Assembly: GCA_963796455.1 (NCBI GenBank)
Contig: CAWCLO010000004.1
Location: 544,001-608,000, forward strand
Reading direction: 5' to 3'
Source: Candidatus Sulfomarinibacteraceae bacterium
GTDB lineage: Bacteria > Acidobacteriota > Thermoanaerobaculia > Thermoanaerobaculales > Sulfomarinibacteraceae
DNA: 64,000 nucleotides
The notes under the pieces: generated by a model
What the model was told of the DNA's origin: nothing
Seen by the model: only the letters and a program-made list of their open reading frames with translations
Databases searched by the model: none
Shown here: piece after piece, positions 18,471 to 29,084 of the stretch
Layout: each line of letters begins with the position of its first letter
How positions within the stretch are numbered: position 1 is the first letter of the stretch
Translations under genes and position numbers: made by a program

Positions 18471-21041
18471 TCACCTCAGCAAGGCATTGAACAAGAGCTT
18501 GAAGGTGCCGTGGGTCTGGGATCGGTTCTGGGTCCGGAAACCGATCAGCACCACCCGGCCTTCGCCCTTTTTGGCAACCACCATTCCGGCCTTCTTGGTG
18601 ATGTGCTCTTCGCCGATGAGCCATCCGCTCTGCAGGATGTCGCGGTCGCCATAGCGGACGATGGTCTGATACCACTCGTTGTGCTGCGAGGGCTCGATCT
18701 GAAAGGTCGGGCTTGCCCAGAAAAGGACCAGCCCGTCGTCGGGCATTCCGTAGGCCAGCGGGTGGCTGTTGTCGAAGGAGACCTTGACGGTCGAGCCGGG
18801 ACAGAAGAAATCCTCCGTTGGGAGGTCGTCGATGACGTTGCGGACCTTCAAATCCAATTTCTCGATGGCGAACTCGGTGGCGTCACCAAGGGCCACGAGC
18901 GTTCCGCCTTCCTCCACGAAGGTCTTCAACGATTCGATCCCATCCTCGTCGATGGCGCTTCGATATTCGGGCGGTGTGACCGGTGCCGGGCGCCCAGGGC
19001 GGGCCTTGAATTCTCCCATCAGGGTGTCGGTTTTATCGTGGGGAAGGATGATGACGTCGTATTTTTTTCGCAGATCCCCGGCGTTGATCTCCGTGTCCCG
19101 GACCGAACTGTAGGGGAAGTCGAAGGATTCGAGGGTGAGACGGGTCCAGCCCTCGTCCATGTTGCCGCCCCAGTAACGTTTGTACATGGCGGTCCGCATC
19201 TGCTCGACTTCATGGTCGGCGGTCGGCTTCGAAGAGATCGCCATGAAGTCCACACCGGTGGCGGTGGCGACCTGCTGGAGCTTCGCTTCGTCGCCCGAGG
19301 GAATTACAAAATCACCCGGTCGGAAGCCGGTGGATGCTTCATCCACCCGGCGAACCTCGATGTCCTCAGCCAGCAGCCGGTTGACCGCCATGTAGCTGTC
19401 GTTCAGCCTCCCGTCGAGCAGATGGCCGGTTTCGCTGGGTTCCACCGTGCCTTCGAGGGAGACTTCGGTTACCACTTCCACAAGCTCCGCCTCCATCGCA
19501 GCAGCGATGGGATCGACCCGGACGCCCATGTACTCGGCCATGGTGTGGGTCGCGGAGTCATAGGGCCGGAGCGGCACGTCGTCACGGCCGCGGGTCCACT
19601 CGTTGTCGGGATAGAGGGTGCGGCCGAGCAGATTTCGAACGAGGCCCATCTTGGGTTGGCTGAGAGGAATCACATAGGAGCCCGTGCCGTAGGTCATATC
19701 GCCTACCTTGAACGCTTCAGTGGACCGGAAGATTTCGAGGTCTGACTGCAGCAGCGTGTTGATCATCTTGGCCGTCGTCAACGGGTCGTGTTGGCCGCTG
19801 GGAACGACATAGGCGGTGGGGGAGCCGGCGGCTCCGCGCTCCCGCTGGCGTTGGCTTTTGAGGTAGGCGTTGCGGACGACGGTCTCGCGGTGGCGCGCGG
19901 CGATGTCGAGCATGGCCCAGGACGCGAGCTTCGTCTGTTCCACGACGTCGCGCAGCCTCCACCAACCGCCGGGCCAGAGGCTCGGGATGGTGGTTTGGGC
20001 CTCGTATTTTTTCCATTCACGGGCACCGCCCCGAAGCTGGTCGGGGTGGATGTAGATCGGCGTCGCCAGTTTGGCGCTTGCGGACTCGGTCAGCATCCCG
20101 GCCATGTTGTGGAAGGGTGTGATCCAGTGCCATCCGAAATGGCCCCAACCGGGATACTGGGCCTTGTTCAGGATGCCCGACAGACCGGCCTCTTCGAGTT
20201 TCATCGCCATGTGGCCGCCAAAGAGACTCATCTCGCGCCACACCAGAGGATCGGCATAAGGGCGCATGGGCTCGCTGTATGGAGGCACGTAGAGACGGGC
20301 GCCATAGCTTCCCATGTGGTGGTGGTCGATATAAGCCTGCGGCTTCCAGTCCTGGTACATGATTTTTGCGGCGTACTTCGACTCGATGAGGTTGAGGAAG
20401 TCGCCGTCCCGGTTGTTGTCGTGGCCGGCATAGGGCTGGTAGAGCCACGGCAGGCCCACACCTTCGTAGTCGCCGCCGAGGGTTTTGTTGTACCAATCAG
20501 TGACCATGATCTGGCCGTCCGGGTTGAAGCTCGGGATCAGCAACAGAATCACGTTGTCGAGAATCCGTTGGGTCTCCTCGTCATCACGGGTGAGAAGGTC
20601 GTAGACAAGTTCGGGCGCCATCTGGGTGGGGCCGATCTCGGTGGCGTGGAGGCTCATGGATTGGCAGACCACGGCCTTGCCCTCCGCGACCAGGGCCTCG
20701 ACCTGGGTCTCGTCGAGTCCCTGCGCATCAAAGAGCTGATTGTTGACCTCTCTCAGTTCTTCGAGACGGGCCAGGTTGTCTGCCGACGACACCACGACGA
20801 AGAGAAATGGGTTGTCGTTTGTGGTGGGCCCCATATCGGTGACGACGATCTTGTCGCTCTGTTGGGCGAGCAGTTCGTAGTACTCGACGATGGCGTCCCA
20901 ACGGGCCATTTTTCGATCGGCGCCCAGCTGGAACCCAAAGTATTCGTCGGGCGGTGTGATCTCTGCCGTAGGAAGCTCGGCTGCCGCGGCGACAACGAAC
21001 ACGGAACACAGAATCATCGACAAGAAAGTCTTCTTCTTCAT
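18471..21041 (-). CDS. Exported M14 zinc carboxypeptidase family protein with C-terminal GATase-like domain
   Basis: Signal peptide; SLHATE, NPDG, HDNNRD, DHHHMG and MDEGWTR motifs. Confidence 0.9.
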   Translation of the reverse strand: MKKKTFLSMILCSVFVVAAAAELPTAEITPPDEYFGFQLGADRKMARWDAIVEYYELLAQQSDKIVVTDMGPTTNDNPFLFVVVSSADNLARLEELREVNNQLFDAQGLDETQVEALVAEGKAVVCQSMSLHATEIGPTQMAPELVYDLLTRDDEETQRILDNVILLLIPSFNPDGQIMVTDWYNKTLGGDYEGVGLPWLYQPYAGHDNNRDGDFLNLIESKYAAKIMYQDWKPQAYIDHHHMGSYGARLYVPPYSEPMRPYADPLVWREMSLFGGHMAMKLEEAGLSGILNKAQYPGWGHFGWHWITPFHNMAGMLTESASAKLATPIYIHPDQLRGGAREWKKYEAQTTIPSLWPGGWWRLRDVVEQTKLASWAMLDIAARHRETVVRNAYLKSQRQRERGAAGSPTAYVVPSGQHDPLTTAKMINTLLQSDLEIFRSTEAFKVGDMTYGTGSYVIPLSQPKMGLVRNLLGRTLYPDNEWTRGRDDVPLRPYDSATHTMAEYMGVRVDPIAAAMEAELVEVVTEVSLEGTVEPSETGHLLDGRLNDSYMAVNRLLAEDIEVRRVDEASTGFRPGDFVIPSGDEAKLQQVATATGVDFMAISSKPTADHEVEQMRTAMYKRYWGGNMDEGWTRLTLESFDFPYSSVRDTEINAGDLRKKYDVIILPHDKTDTLMGEFKARPGRPAPVTPPEYRSAIDEDGIESLKTFVEEGGTLVALGDATEFAIEKLDLKVRNVIDDLPTEDFFCPGSTVKVSFDNSHPLAYGMPDDGLVLFWASPTFQIEPSQHNEWYQTIVRYGDRDILQSGWLIGEEHITKKAGMVVAKKGEGRVVLIGFRTQNRSQTHGTFKLLFNALLR

Positions 21042-21261
21042 GGAAACCTCTTTTTTTGGAATCAGGTGGTGGTATTGAGATGGAAGCGACAGGCCAGTCA
21101 CGAATTCGGCGACCCCCGTCCCGAAGGCTAACACACAAAAGGTGGCACGATCCCTCGCGAAACCCCGTTTTGCGGCCGTCATGCTGGCCCCCCGGCGGAT
21201 GCATCGAAGCCTCCGGTTGCGCTATGGTGGCCCTCCTGACGGACGGAAGGAAGAGCAATCC

Positions 21262-23220
21262 ATGAAGAGAACAAATCCGGGCGGCGGGTGTCGGCAATAT
21301 GACGGGGTTTTCGCATCGTTGCGATGCCGATTGCGGACGGCCTCTTTATTGAACCTGTGTCTTTTGTTGGTTGCTCTCGGCCTCGTGGGAGCAATGTGCT
21401 CGAACGAGGCATTTGCGCAACAAGCCACACAGATCACGCATGGTCCGATTCTCGGCCGGCTCGGGGCTCACGAGATCGGCATCTGGGCGAGGACACGGAA
21501 TCCCGGCACATTCAGAGTGCGTTTCGGTGTGCGGACCGACGCCATGGACACATTGTCCGGTCCAGTGACAACCAGGATCGAAAACGACAATACCGGGTGG
21601 GCCCATATTTCGGGTCTGGAGGCAGATACCGAGTACTTCTACGAACTGGCCGCTGAGGGCAGCACCGCAACGATGCACAATCGAAGGGGTTCCTTCCGCA
21701 CACTGCCTGATCCGGAAGAGATGGTCGACGCCCAGCACAACCCGAAAGGCCTGTTCAACTTCAGTTTCGAGTATGCCTGCGGTAACAGCCAGAGCGGTAA
21801 CGGGTTCGGTCCGGCGCTGCCGACATTCCGGACAATGCTCGACGAGATCGCGGAGTCGATTGATTTCGCGATCCTCAATGGTGATTGGCTGTACGAACGA
21901 GAGCGGGAGTACTCACCGGAGAGTTGGCTTGAACAGGTGGGGCTCACCGCAGATCAGACGCCCGATGTGGTGAGATATGCGCCAACCATCGTCGGAGTGT
22001 GGGAGAACTACAAGAGTTATCTCGACCGGGGCCACAATCTCTCACTGTGGCACAGAATGGTCCCTTCGTTCTTCACCATCGACGATCACGAGATTCTCGA
22101 CAACGCCTATGGGGCCGGAGAGGCGGGGCGGCGTAATCGAAGGGCTCTCTTTCGAGATATGGGTGTGCAGGCGTGGCGCGATTACCTGGCGTGGAGCAAC
22201 CATACCGATTTCGATCAGGACATCATCTTCGGACGTGCTCGGCTCGAAGCGGGCAGCGATGTTCTGACCGATGGAGAGGCCGATTTCACCGCGCTCGATC
22301 TCGAGCAAGCGGCGAACGTGCACGTTCACTGGGGTGGGCCCTACGCGGGCGCCCGGAGGGTGCCCGAGGAATCGAAGACCGGCGGCGACCCCAATGCCGG
22401 TGTTTATGACCTCGTCGAGGTGATCGATGCCCATCGGATTCGAATCGATCCGCCGGCGAAGGAAAACGGCGATCCCTCGTATTCAATCGGCCGCCGGTCA
22501 TACGGAAAAATGCGCGTGAGCAACTCGGATTTCTTTCTTCTCGATCTCCGATCGCACCAGGACATGCACGACTGGCGGAATCCCAACAAACCCGGCATCT
22601 CGATCATGGGCCGCGAACAGAAGGCCTGGTTGAAAAACGAGATGATGAACAGCGACGCGGACTTCTTCTTCGTGATGTCGTCGGTCAATCTCACGATTCC
22701 CCATGTCGGCGGGACCCGGGCCGTGACCGCGGAGCAAGCACGGCAGAACCCGCAGACCGGCCGGGACGATGCGTGGACCATCTTTGTCGAAGAGCGTGAA
22801 GAGATGATCGAGTTCTGGGATTCTCTCGGCAAACCGGTCTTTGTCCTCACCGGGGATCTGCACAACAGTTTTGCCATCAAGGTCAGCGATCGGGTGTGGG
22901 AGTTCGCGTCGGGACCGCACAATTCTCGGAACCATTCGCTGAGTGCCGAGGCAGGCCGGCCGCCCAACGGTACCTTTGATTCCCGTGGGCGACCGGTTGA
23001 GATTCGGTGGTCGAGCTGCATCCTCGACGATGTTCCGGGCGGTTTGCGATACCGTCCGGTCTATACGGTGGTGCAGGTGAACAACGTCTTCAACAATCCG
23101 GTCGAAGCGGGCAAGGACCGGTGGGTCGAGTTTCCTCGACCACAGGTTGTCTTTCAGTTCTACGACGGATTGACCGGGGATCTTTTGTACGCCGAATCGA
23201 TTCTTGCCGAACAACACTAG
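21262..23220 (+). CDS. Exported PhoD-like alkaline phosphatase D family protein
   Basis: THGPILG, NGDWLYE, IDDHE, LDLRS, DAW and LTGDLH motifs. Confidence 0.85.
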   Translation: MKRTNPGGGCRQYDGVFASLRCRLRTASLLNLCLLLVALGLVGAMCSNEAFAQQATQITHGPILGRLGAHEIGIWARTRNPGTFRVRFGVRTDAMDTLSGPVTTRIENDNTGWAHISGLEADTEYFYELAAEGSTATMHNRRGSFRTLPDPEEMVDAQHNPKGLFNFSFEYACGNSQSGNGFGPALPTFRTMLDEIAESIDFAILNGDWLYEREREYSPESWLEQVGLTADQTPDVVRYAPTIVGVWENYKSYLDRGHNLSLWHRMVPSFFTIDDHEILDNAYGAGEAGRRNRRALFRDMGVQAWRDYLAWSNHTDFDQDIIFGRARLEAGSDVLTDGEADFTALDLEQAANVHVHWGGPYAGARRVPEESKTGGDPNAGVYDLVEVIDAHRIRIDPPAKENGDPSYSIGRRSYGKMRVSNSDFFLLDLRSHQDMHDWRNPNKPGISIMGREQKAWLKNEMMNSDADFFFVMSSVNLTIPHVGGTRAVTAEQARQNPQTGRDDAWTIFVEEREEMIEFWDSLGKPVFVLTGDLHNSFAIKVSDRVWEFASGPHNSRNHSLSAEAGRPPNGTFDSRGRPVEIRWSSCILDDVPGGLRYRPVYTVVQVNNVFNNPVEAGKDRWVEFPRPQVVFQFYDGLTGDLLYAESILAEQH

Positions 23221-23347
23221 GCAGCCGGGCCCTCTCGGGCACCACAGAGCCCGCTGCCGGTAACGATGGGAGACTTCCAGAACAGCTGGCCTCTTCCAAT
23301 CGCGGTTTTTCTTGCTACCATGACCCCGCCTATGGAGGGGCATTAAA

Positions 23348-25447
23348 ATGAGAAAAGCTCTTATTACTGTTGTTTGCTTTTTGATAGTGAGCTGTGGCGG
23401 TCCCGGCGCGGACGATCCTGCCGTCGACGTCAACCCGTTCTTTGTCGCGTATGACACACCGTTCAACGTCCAGCCCTTCGATCGCATCGACGAGGCGCAT
23501 TTCGTGCCCGCTTTCGAGGAGGGGATGGCCAGGGAGAACGCCGAGATCGCGGCCATCGTCGACAACCCCGAAGCACCGACGTTCGACAACACGATCGTGG
23601 CCCTCGACCGGTCAGGCGAACTGCTCGGCGAGGTCTCGCGGGTCTTCTTCGCCCTCACCGGATCGAACACCAATGACGAGCTCCAGGACATCCAAAAGCA
23701 GATGTCGCCGGTGCTCGCGGCCCACCGCGACGAGATCCGGCTCAACCCGGTGCTTTTTTCTCGGGTGAAGGCGGTCTACGAACAACGTGAGGAGCTGGAT
23801 CTCGATCGGGAGCAGCTCTTCCTGCTCGAGAACATGTACATGGGTTATGTCCGCAACGGCGCCCTGCTCGGGCCCGAGGACCAGACCCGACTCAAGGAGA
23901 TCAACCAGAAGCTGTCGGCGCTGCGAGTCGAGTTCAGCCGCAATCTCCTGGCCGAAACCAACGGATTCAAGCTCGTGATCGAGGACGAAGCTGATCTTGC
24001 CGGGTTGCCGGCTGGGGTGATCGAGACGGCTGCTGCGACGGCATCAAGGCAGGGCCTCGAAAAGGGATGGGTTTTCACGACCCACAAGCCCAGCATGCTG
24101 CCCTTCCTGACCTATGCCGAGAACCGCGACCTCAGGCGAGAGCTCTACACCGCCTACACGGTGCGCGGCAACCACGGAAAATGAATACGACAACAAAGCG
24201 ATCATGGCCGAAATCGTCAATCTGCGGGTCGAGAAGGCGAAGCTGCTGGGATACGAGACCTTCGCCCACTACACCCTCGAGCCCCGGATGGCTGAGACTC
24301 CAGCCAGGGTCTATGAACTGCTCAACCGGCTGTGGGACGCCTCGTTACCGGTCGCAAAACGCGAGGTGGTCGAGATGCAGGCCATCATCGACAGCGAGGG
24401 CGGCGGTTTCGAACTCGCGCCCTGGGACTGGTGGTTCTATGCCGAAAAGCTCCGCATGGCGAAGTACGACCTCGATGACAACGAACTGCGCCCATATTTC
24501 GAGCTCAACAACGTGCGTGACGGCGTCTTCTACGTCGCCAACCAGCTCTACGGCCTGACCTTCGAGGAGTTGAAGGAATGCCCAAGCCGCACCCCGACGC
24601 CCAGGTCTTCCAGGTTTTTGAGGCCGACGGCGAACACGCAGCGGTCATCTACATGGACTACCACCCGCGCGAGAGCAAACGCGGTGGAGCGTGGTGTGGA
24701 CGCTTCCGGAGCCAGAACCGCGCTGACGGCACCGAAATCGATCCGGTCATCAACCTGGTCTGCAACTTCACCACCGCCACCGAGGACACGCCGGCGTTGC
24801 TGAGCCTCGACGAGGTGGAGACCCTCTTCCACGAGTTCGGCCACGCCCTCGACGGCATGCTCGCCAATGTGACCTACCGGACCGGGGTCCGGTCGCCCGA
24901 CTTCAGCGAGCTCCCGAGCCAGATCATGGAGCACTGGGCCATGGCGCCCGAGGTGCTCAAGGTCTATGCCCGTCACTATCAGACCGGTGAGCCCATCCCG
25001 GACGAACTCATCGCAAAGATCGAAAACAGTTCCTTCTTCAACCAGGGATTCATCCAGGTCGAGTACCTGGCGGCCAGTCTTCTGGACATGGAGTACCACA
25101 CGCTGACCGAACCCACGGAAATCGACATCAACAGATTCGAAAAGGCGTACCTCGACGAGATCGGTCTCATTCCGGAGATCGCGCCCCGATACCACACAAC
25201 ATACTTCTCCCACATCACCGGTGGTTATGCTGCCGGGTACTACGGCTATACCTGGTCGGGAGTGCTCGATCACGACGCATTCGCGGCCTTCGAAGAAACC
25301 AGTCTCTTCGATCAAGAAACCGCGCAGCGCTTCCGGACCGAGATCCTCGAGGTCAACGGCACCGCGGACTACATGGACATGTGGACCAATTTCCGCGGCC
25401 GCGAGCCTGAGATCGACCCCTTGCTGCGAAACCTTGGGCTGCAATAG
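23348..25447 (+). CDS. dcp: Peptidyl-dipeptidase Dcp-like M3A peptidase lipoprotein, split by two compensating frameshifts (about 24180 and 24577)
   Basis: Three overlapping ORFs give a contiguous M3A protein: PTFDNTI, APWDWWFYAEK, KRGGAW, LFHEFGHAL, GYAAGYYGY; lipobox IVSC. Confidence 0.88.
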
Positions 25448-25467
25448 CCCGATCATTCAACAAACAG

Positions 25468-25497
25468 AAAGTGGCGCCTCGCGGCGCCACTTTTTTT
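25468..25497 (+). terminator. Intrinsic terminator after dcp
   Basis: AAAGTGGCGCC-TCGC-GGCGCCAC followed by T7. Confidence 0.88.
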
Positions 25498-25524
25498 ATG
25501 TACGAGCCGGAACTCGGATCGCGG

Positions 25525-25700
25525 TCAATCCTTCGGGATCCGGTCCACGTTTTCCGCCAACCATGAATCGAAGGTCTGGAGCGACGGCACCAACTCCCGC
25601 GAGAAACCCAGGTCGCGGCTGCCGCAGAAGGCCTCCTGAAAATCGCGCCGGAACTGAGACATATCTCCGAGATCCCCCGATCCCGGGGACACCAAATCAG
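25525..25700 (-). pseudogene. C-terminal remnant of an NmrA/HSCARG family gene
   Basis: PGSGDLGDMSQFRRDF...SRELVPSLQTFDSWLAENVDRIP resembles the recalled NmrA/HSCARG C-terminus; no N-terminal part present. Confidence 0.65.
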
Positions 25701-25708
25701 AGCGCCGG

Positions 25709-26332
25709 CTATTCCGGTTTTTTGGCCACGATGAAGATCGCTTTGCCCTTGCCCGGTTGCCACTGGTGGTCGATCGTGAAACCGGCATCGGTCAAACTGG
25801 TCACGAGTTCGCCGGTGGTGAAAACGTTGAGCGTCGGCATCAATCCGAAAAACTTCCCGAACGGCCCGATGACCTTGAAGAACTTCATCGTGTCGCCGAT
25901 GCAGGTGGTGCTGCTGATGAACACTCCGTCGGGTTTGAGCATTCGATGAACCTTGGCGATCGCCTCTTCCTTGTTGTCGAGCAGATGCAGAATGCTGAGA
26001 CCCAACACAACGTCCATTGATCCGTCGGGAACACTGAGATCCTCGATGGTCGATTGTTCAAAGCTGACGTTTTCGACCTGGGCCTGATGAGCCTTCTCGC
26101 GAGCGATCTCGATCATTTTCGACGAGATGTCGATGGCCCGGATATGCCGCACGTGAGGGGAGTGGTTGATCGCGGTCGATCCTGTGCCGCAACCGAATTC
26201 CAGTACTTCCGTATTCGGCCGAAAATAGCCGCGAGTGATCTCCAGCTTCTTCTGGTACGACGCTTCATCGGCGACAGGGCTCTTTGAATAACGTACTGCG
26301 ATTCTGTCCCAGAACTTGGACGACGACTTCAT
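25709..26332 (-). CDS. Class I SAM-dependent methyltransferase
   Basis: VLEFGCGTG, AIDISSKMI and LKPDGVF motifs. Confidence 0.9.
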   Translation of the reverse strand: MKSSSKFWDRIAVRYSKSPVADEASYQKKLEITRGYFRPNTEVLEFGCGTGSTAINHSPHVRHIRAIDISSKMIEIAREKAHQAQVENVSFEQSTIEDLSVPDGSMDVVLGLSILHLLDNKEEAIAKVHRMLKPDGVFISSTTCIGDTMKFFKVIGPFGKFFGLMPTLNVFTTGELVTSLTDAGFTIDHQWQPGKGKAIFIVAKKPE

Positions 26333-26482
26333 CTCCACCACCAATCGGCTTTTTCGACCCGGTCATACCTGTACGGAGGACCCTATTCTACTTGCAGTCG
26401 TTCACATCACGACGAGAGGCCCCGATTTGTCAGCGAGTTTGTCGGTCATGTCCTTGCCTGCTTGCCGAGGCTGCATGCGACA

Positions 26483-27250
26483 ATGCGGACCGTGAATGAG
26501 ATCGCCCTGTTCGGACGGCTGGTGACTGCGGTTTACATCGCGGCCGGGTTCAGCTTCATCACCCTTTTGTTCGTGACGGCTCCCTACGGCCGCCACGCCC
26601 GTCCGGGCTGGGGACCAACCATCGCGAGCAGCACAGGCTGGCTTCTGATGGAGAGTCCGGCGGTGATCGTTTTTGCCGGGGTCTACGCGATCGGGGACCT
26701 CCGCTCCGAACCGGTGCCGCTCGTGCTGCTCGCAATGTGGATGCTTCACTATCTCCACCGCACCTTCGTCTATCCCTTTCGGATGCGGTCGGCGGCCCGC
26801 CGGATTCCGGTGTCGGTTGTGGTGATGGGCGTCGGCTTCAATCTGCTGAATGCCGTCCTGAACGCACGTTGGATATCCCATCTCGGTCCCTATGCGGAGG
26901 GCGGGGGTGTCGGCCCGTGGCTGTGGGCCGGCATTGCGGTTTTCATTGCCGGTTGGTTGCTGAACGGCTCCTCGGACCGAAAGTTGATGCAACTGCGAAG
27001 TGGGGGAGAGACGGGCTACCGTATCCCGTACGGTGGAGCGTTTCGTTGGATCACCTGTCCGAATTATCTGGGCGAGATCGTCGAGTGGGCGGGCTGGGCC
27101 CTGGCATCGCGGTCCCCGGCAGCGCTCGCCTTCGCGGTCTTCACGATGGCCAACCTCGTCCCGCGTGCCCTGGCCCACCACCGTTGGTACCGGACCGGGT
27201 TCCCGGACTATCCAACTCAACGAAAGGCCCTGATTCCTTTTCTGCTTTGA
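26483..27250 (+). CDS. 3-oxo-5-alpha-steroid 4-dehydrogenase-like membrane reductase
   Basis: APYGRH, WLLMESP, HYLHR, YRIPYGG, CPNYLGEIVEW and HHRWY...FPDYP..RKALIPF motifs. Confidence 0.88.
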   Translation: MRTVNEIALFGRLVTAVYIAAGFSFITLLFVTAPYGRHARPGWGPTIASSTGWLLMESPAVIVFAGVYAIGDLRSEPVPLVLLAMWMLHYLHRTFVYPFRMRSAARRIPVSVVVMGVGFNLLNAVLNARWISHLGPYAEGGGVGPWLWAGIAVFIAGWLLNGSSDRKLMQLRSGGETGYRIPYGGAFRWITCPNYLGEIVEWAGWALASRSPAALAFAVFTMANLVPRALAHHRWYRTGFPDYPTQRKALIPFLL

Positions 27251-27313
27251 TCGTTGGCCGACAGCGTGAAACCTTTCGAATCGGCGCCCCTATATCCCTC
27301 AGGGAGTTTTTGC

Positions 27314-28195
27314 ATGTCGAATGATCGGTTTCTTATTCAAGGCCTCGCTTTCGCGGCGTTCTTTCTGTCCTTCCAGGTTGCAGGCTCCGCTCAAACGATT
27401 CCCGGATCGTTGAAACAGATCACCACCAACCCTTCCAACGAGTACTATCCGACCTGGTCGCCGGATGGGACCCGCATCGCTTTTGACGGCGAGGGCGGCA
27501 TCTGGGCGGTCTCACTCGAGGACGGTAGTACCGAAAAAATTGTTTCGGATGCAGGCCATCCCGATTGGTCTCCCGATGGTTCGTACGTAGCCTACGACAC
27601 CGATAACCGCATTCGGATTATCTCCGTCCACGGCGGCACCCCGATATCTGTGGTGCCCCCGTCGCCCCCCATCGCTCGTGGGGGCTACCCGAAATGGTCT
27701 CGAGACGGCTCGCGAATCGCGTTTGCGTCTGCAGACGGAAGCATCTGGGCCGTCGATCTACCAACCGGCGATTTACAGAGGCTGTTTCATCGTGAAGGGT
27801 ATCGAGCGAGACCCTTCAGTTGGTCTCCCGACGGATCGCGTCTTGCAGTCGACCTGACGAATGTTGAAGGCGAAAAAAACACAGATATTTGGCTCATTTC
27901 GCCTGGCGATGGATCCGCGATTCAACTCACCGATTATCCGGGGCGCGAAGCAAATCCTCAATGGTCGCCTGATGGTTCTCTCATCGCGTTCATGGCTGAA
28001 CACAGCGGAAACAGGGATGTCTGGGTGATTTCGGTAACAGGCGGTTCGCCGAGCCAGTTGACGGTGAATACGGGCGTCGATATGAATCCCCGCTGGTCCC
28101 CCGATGGCAAGAAAATTGCCTTCTCCTCCGACCGGAGTGGAAACTGGGATATCTGGCTCGTGGACTTCAGATTGAAGCAGGGGATCACGAATTGA
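27314..28195 (+). CDS. Exported TolB-like PD40 beta-propeller protein
   Basis: Signal peptide; six WSPDG/WSRDG repeats. Confidence 0.88.
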   Translation: MSNDRFLIQGLAFAAFFLSFQVAGSAQTIPGSLKQITTNPSNEYYPTWSPDGTRIAFDGEGGIWAVSLEDGSTEKIVSDAGHPDWSPDGSYVAYDTDNRIRIISVHGGTPISVVPPSPPIARGGYPKWSRDGSRIAFASADGSIWAVDLPTGDLQRLFHREGYRARPFSWSPDGSRLAVDLTNVEGEKNTDIWLISPGDGSAIQLTDYPGREANPQWSPDGSLIAFMAEHSGNRDVWVISVTGGSPSQLTVNTGVDMNPRWSPDGKKIAFSSDRSGNWDIWLVDFRLKQGITN

Positions 28196-28430
28196 TTCCT
28201 GGATGAACGGCGCTGTCGGCCTGACGACGTTGCTTGAATGGTGCCTGGTGCGGGGAACCCTTTTTTTTGCAACGCGGCGATGAGGAAGGTGGCGCCCGTT
28301 CTCATCTCGAAGTGACTCGAGGCTCATTCGAGATGGGCGCGCGCAGCGGCCCCTCCCGGAATCACCCGGGTGTGACCCACTGTTGTAAGCAGTAATCAGC
28401 ACCGAAATGGTCCCCATGGGAGGTTTGTTC

Positions 28431-28871
28431 ATGGCTCATCGTTATTCGGTATCCCGCAGCATCAAAGCCCCGATCGAGTTGGTTTTCAGCCGCATTTCGG
28501 ATGTTCACAATTTCGCGGAAGTCTCCGACGACATCCTCAATATCGAGTTTCTGTCGGAGACCACGCACGGGGTGGGCACGCGGTTCAAAGAGACCCGCAA
28601 CATGAACGGCCGCGAGGCCGTCACCGAACTCGAGCTGACCGAATTCGTCGAGAACGACCGGGTGCGTTTTGTGTCGGACGCCGGTGGCACGATCTGGGAC
28701 ACCGTGATGGCGGTGACCCCCAACGGCGAATACACCCAGCTCGAGATGAACATGGACGCCCGCCCCTACAAGTTCATGGCGCGAATCATGAACATCGTGA
28801 TCAAGGGTATGGTCACCAAGGCCGTCACCAAGGACATGGACAATCTGAAGGCCTGGTGCGAGGCGCAGTAG
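28431..28871 (+). CDS. SRPBCC (START/polyketide cyclase) family protein
   Basis: IKAPIELVF, GVGTRFKETR, C-terminal helix DMDNLKAWCE; RBS GGAGG. Confidence 0.85.
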   Translation: MAHRYSVSRSIKAPIELVFSRISDVHNFAEVSDDILNIEFLSETTHGVGTRFKETRNMNGREAVTELELTEFVENDRVRFVSDAGGTIWDTVMAVTPNGEYTQLEMNMDARPYKFMARIMNIVIKGMVTKAVTKDMDNLKAWCEAQ

Positions 28872-29084
28872 TGGGTGCCTTTTTCACGCGTCAACGACGA
28901 TGATGCGAGATTGGTAGAGACTGGCCGACCGACACAGATGGCATCAGCGAATCAGCTCCTGCGCCCGCTCATCTTCACAGCCATTCTGTGGGGCGTTTGG
29001 TGGCTTCGTCGAGACCCCAGCCAGAGTGCGTAAGTAAGTGTCGAAAAAACAAGCCAGGGGCGTATGATAGCTGCCGGAGTTTCA

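Noticed and set aside
21060..21260. Possible c-di-GMP-type riboswitch upstream of the M14 peptidase (GCAAAAC motif)
   Set aside because: I could not build the required GNRA tetraloop/receptor stems; an Rfam scan would settle it
330..22912. Long antisense or alternate-frame ORFs such as 3483-4727, 13057-14259, 16177-18162 and 19788-21131
   Set aside because: They shadow well-supported genes, as expected in high-GC DNA, and carry no motifs
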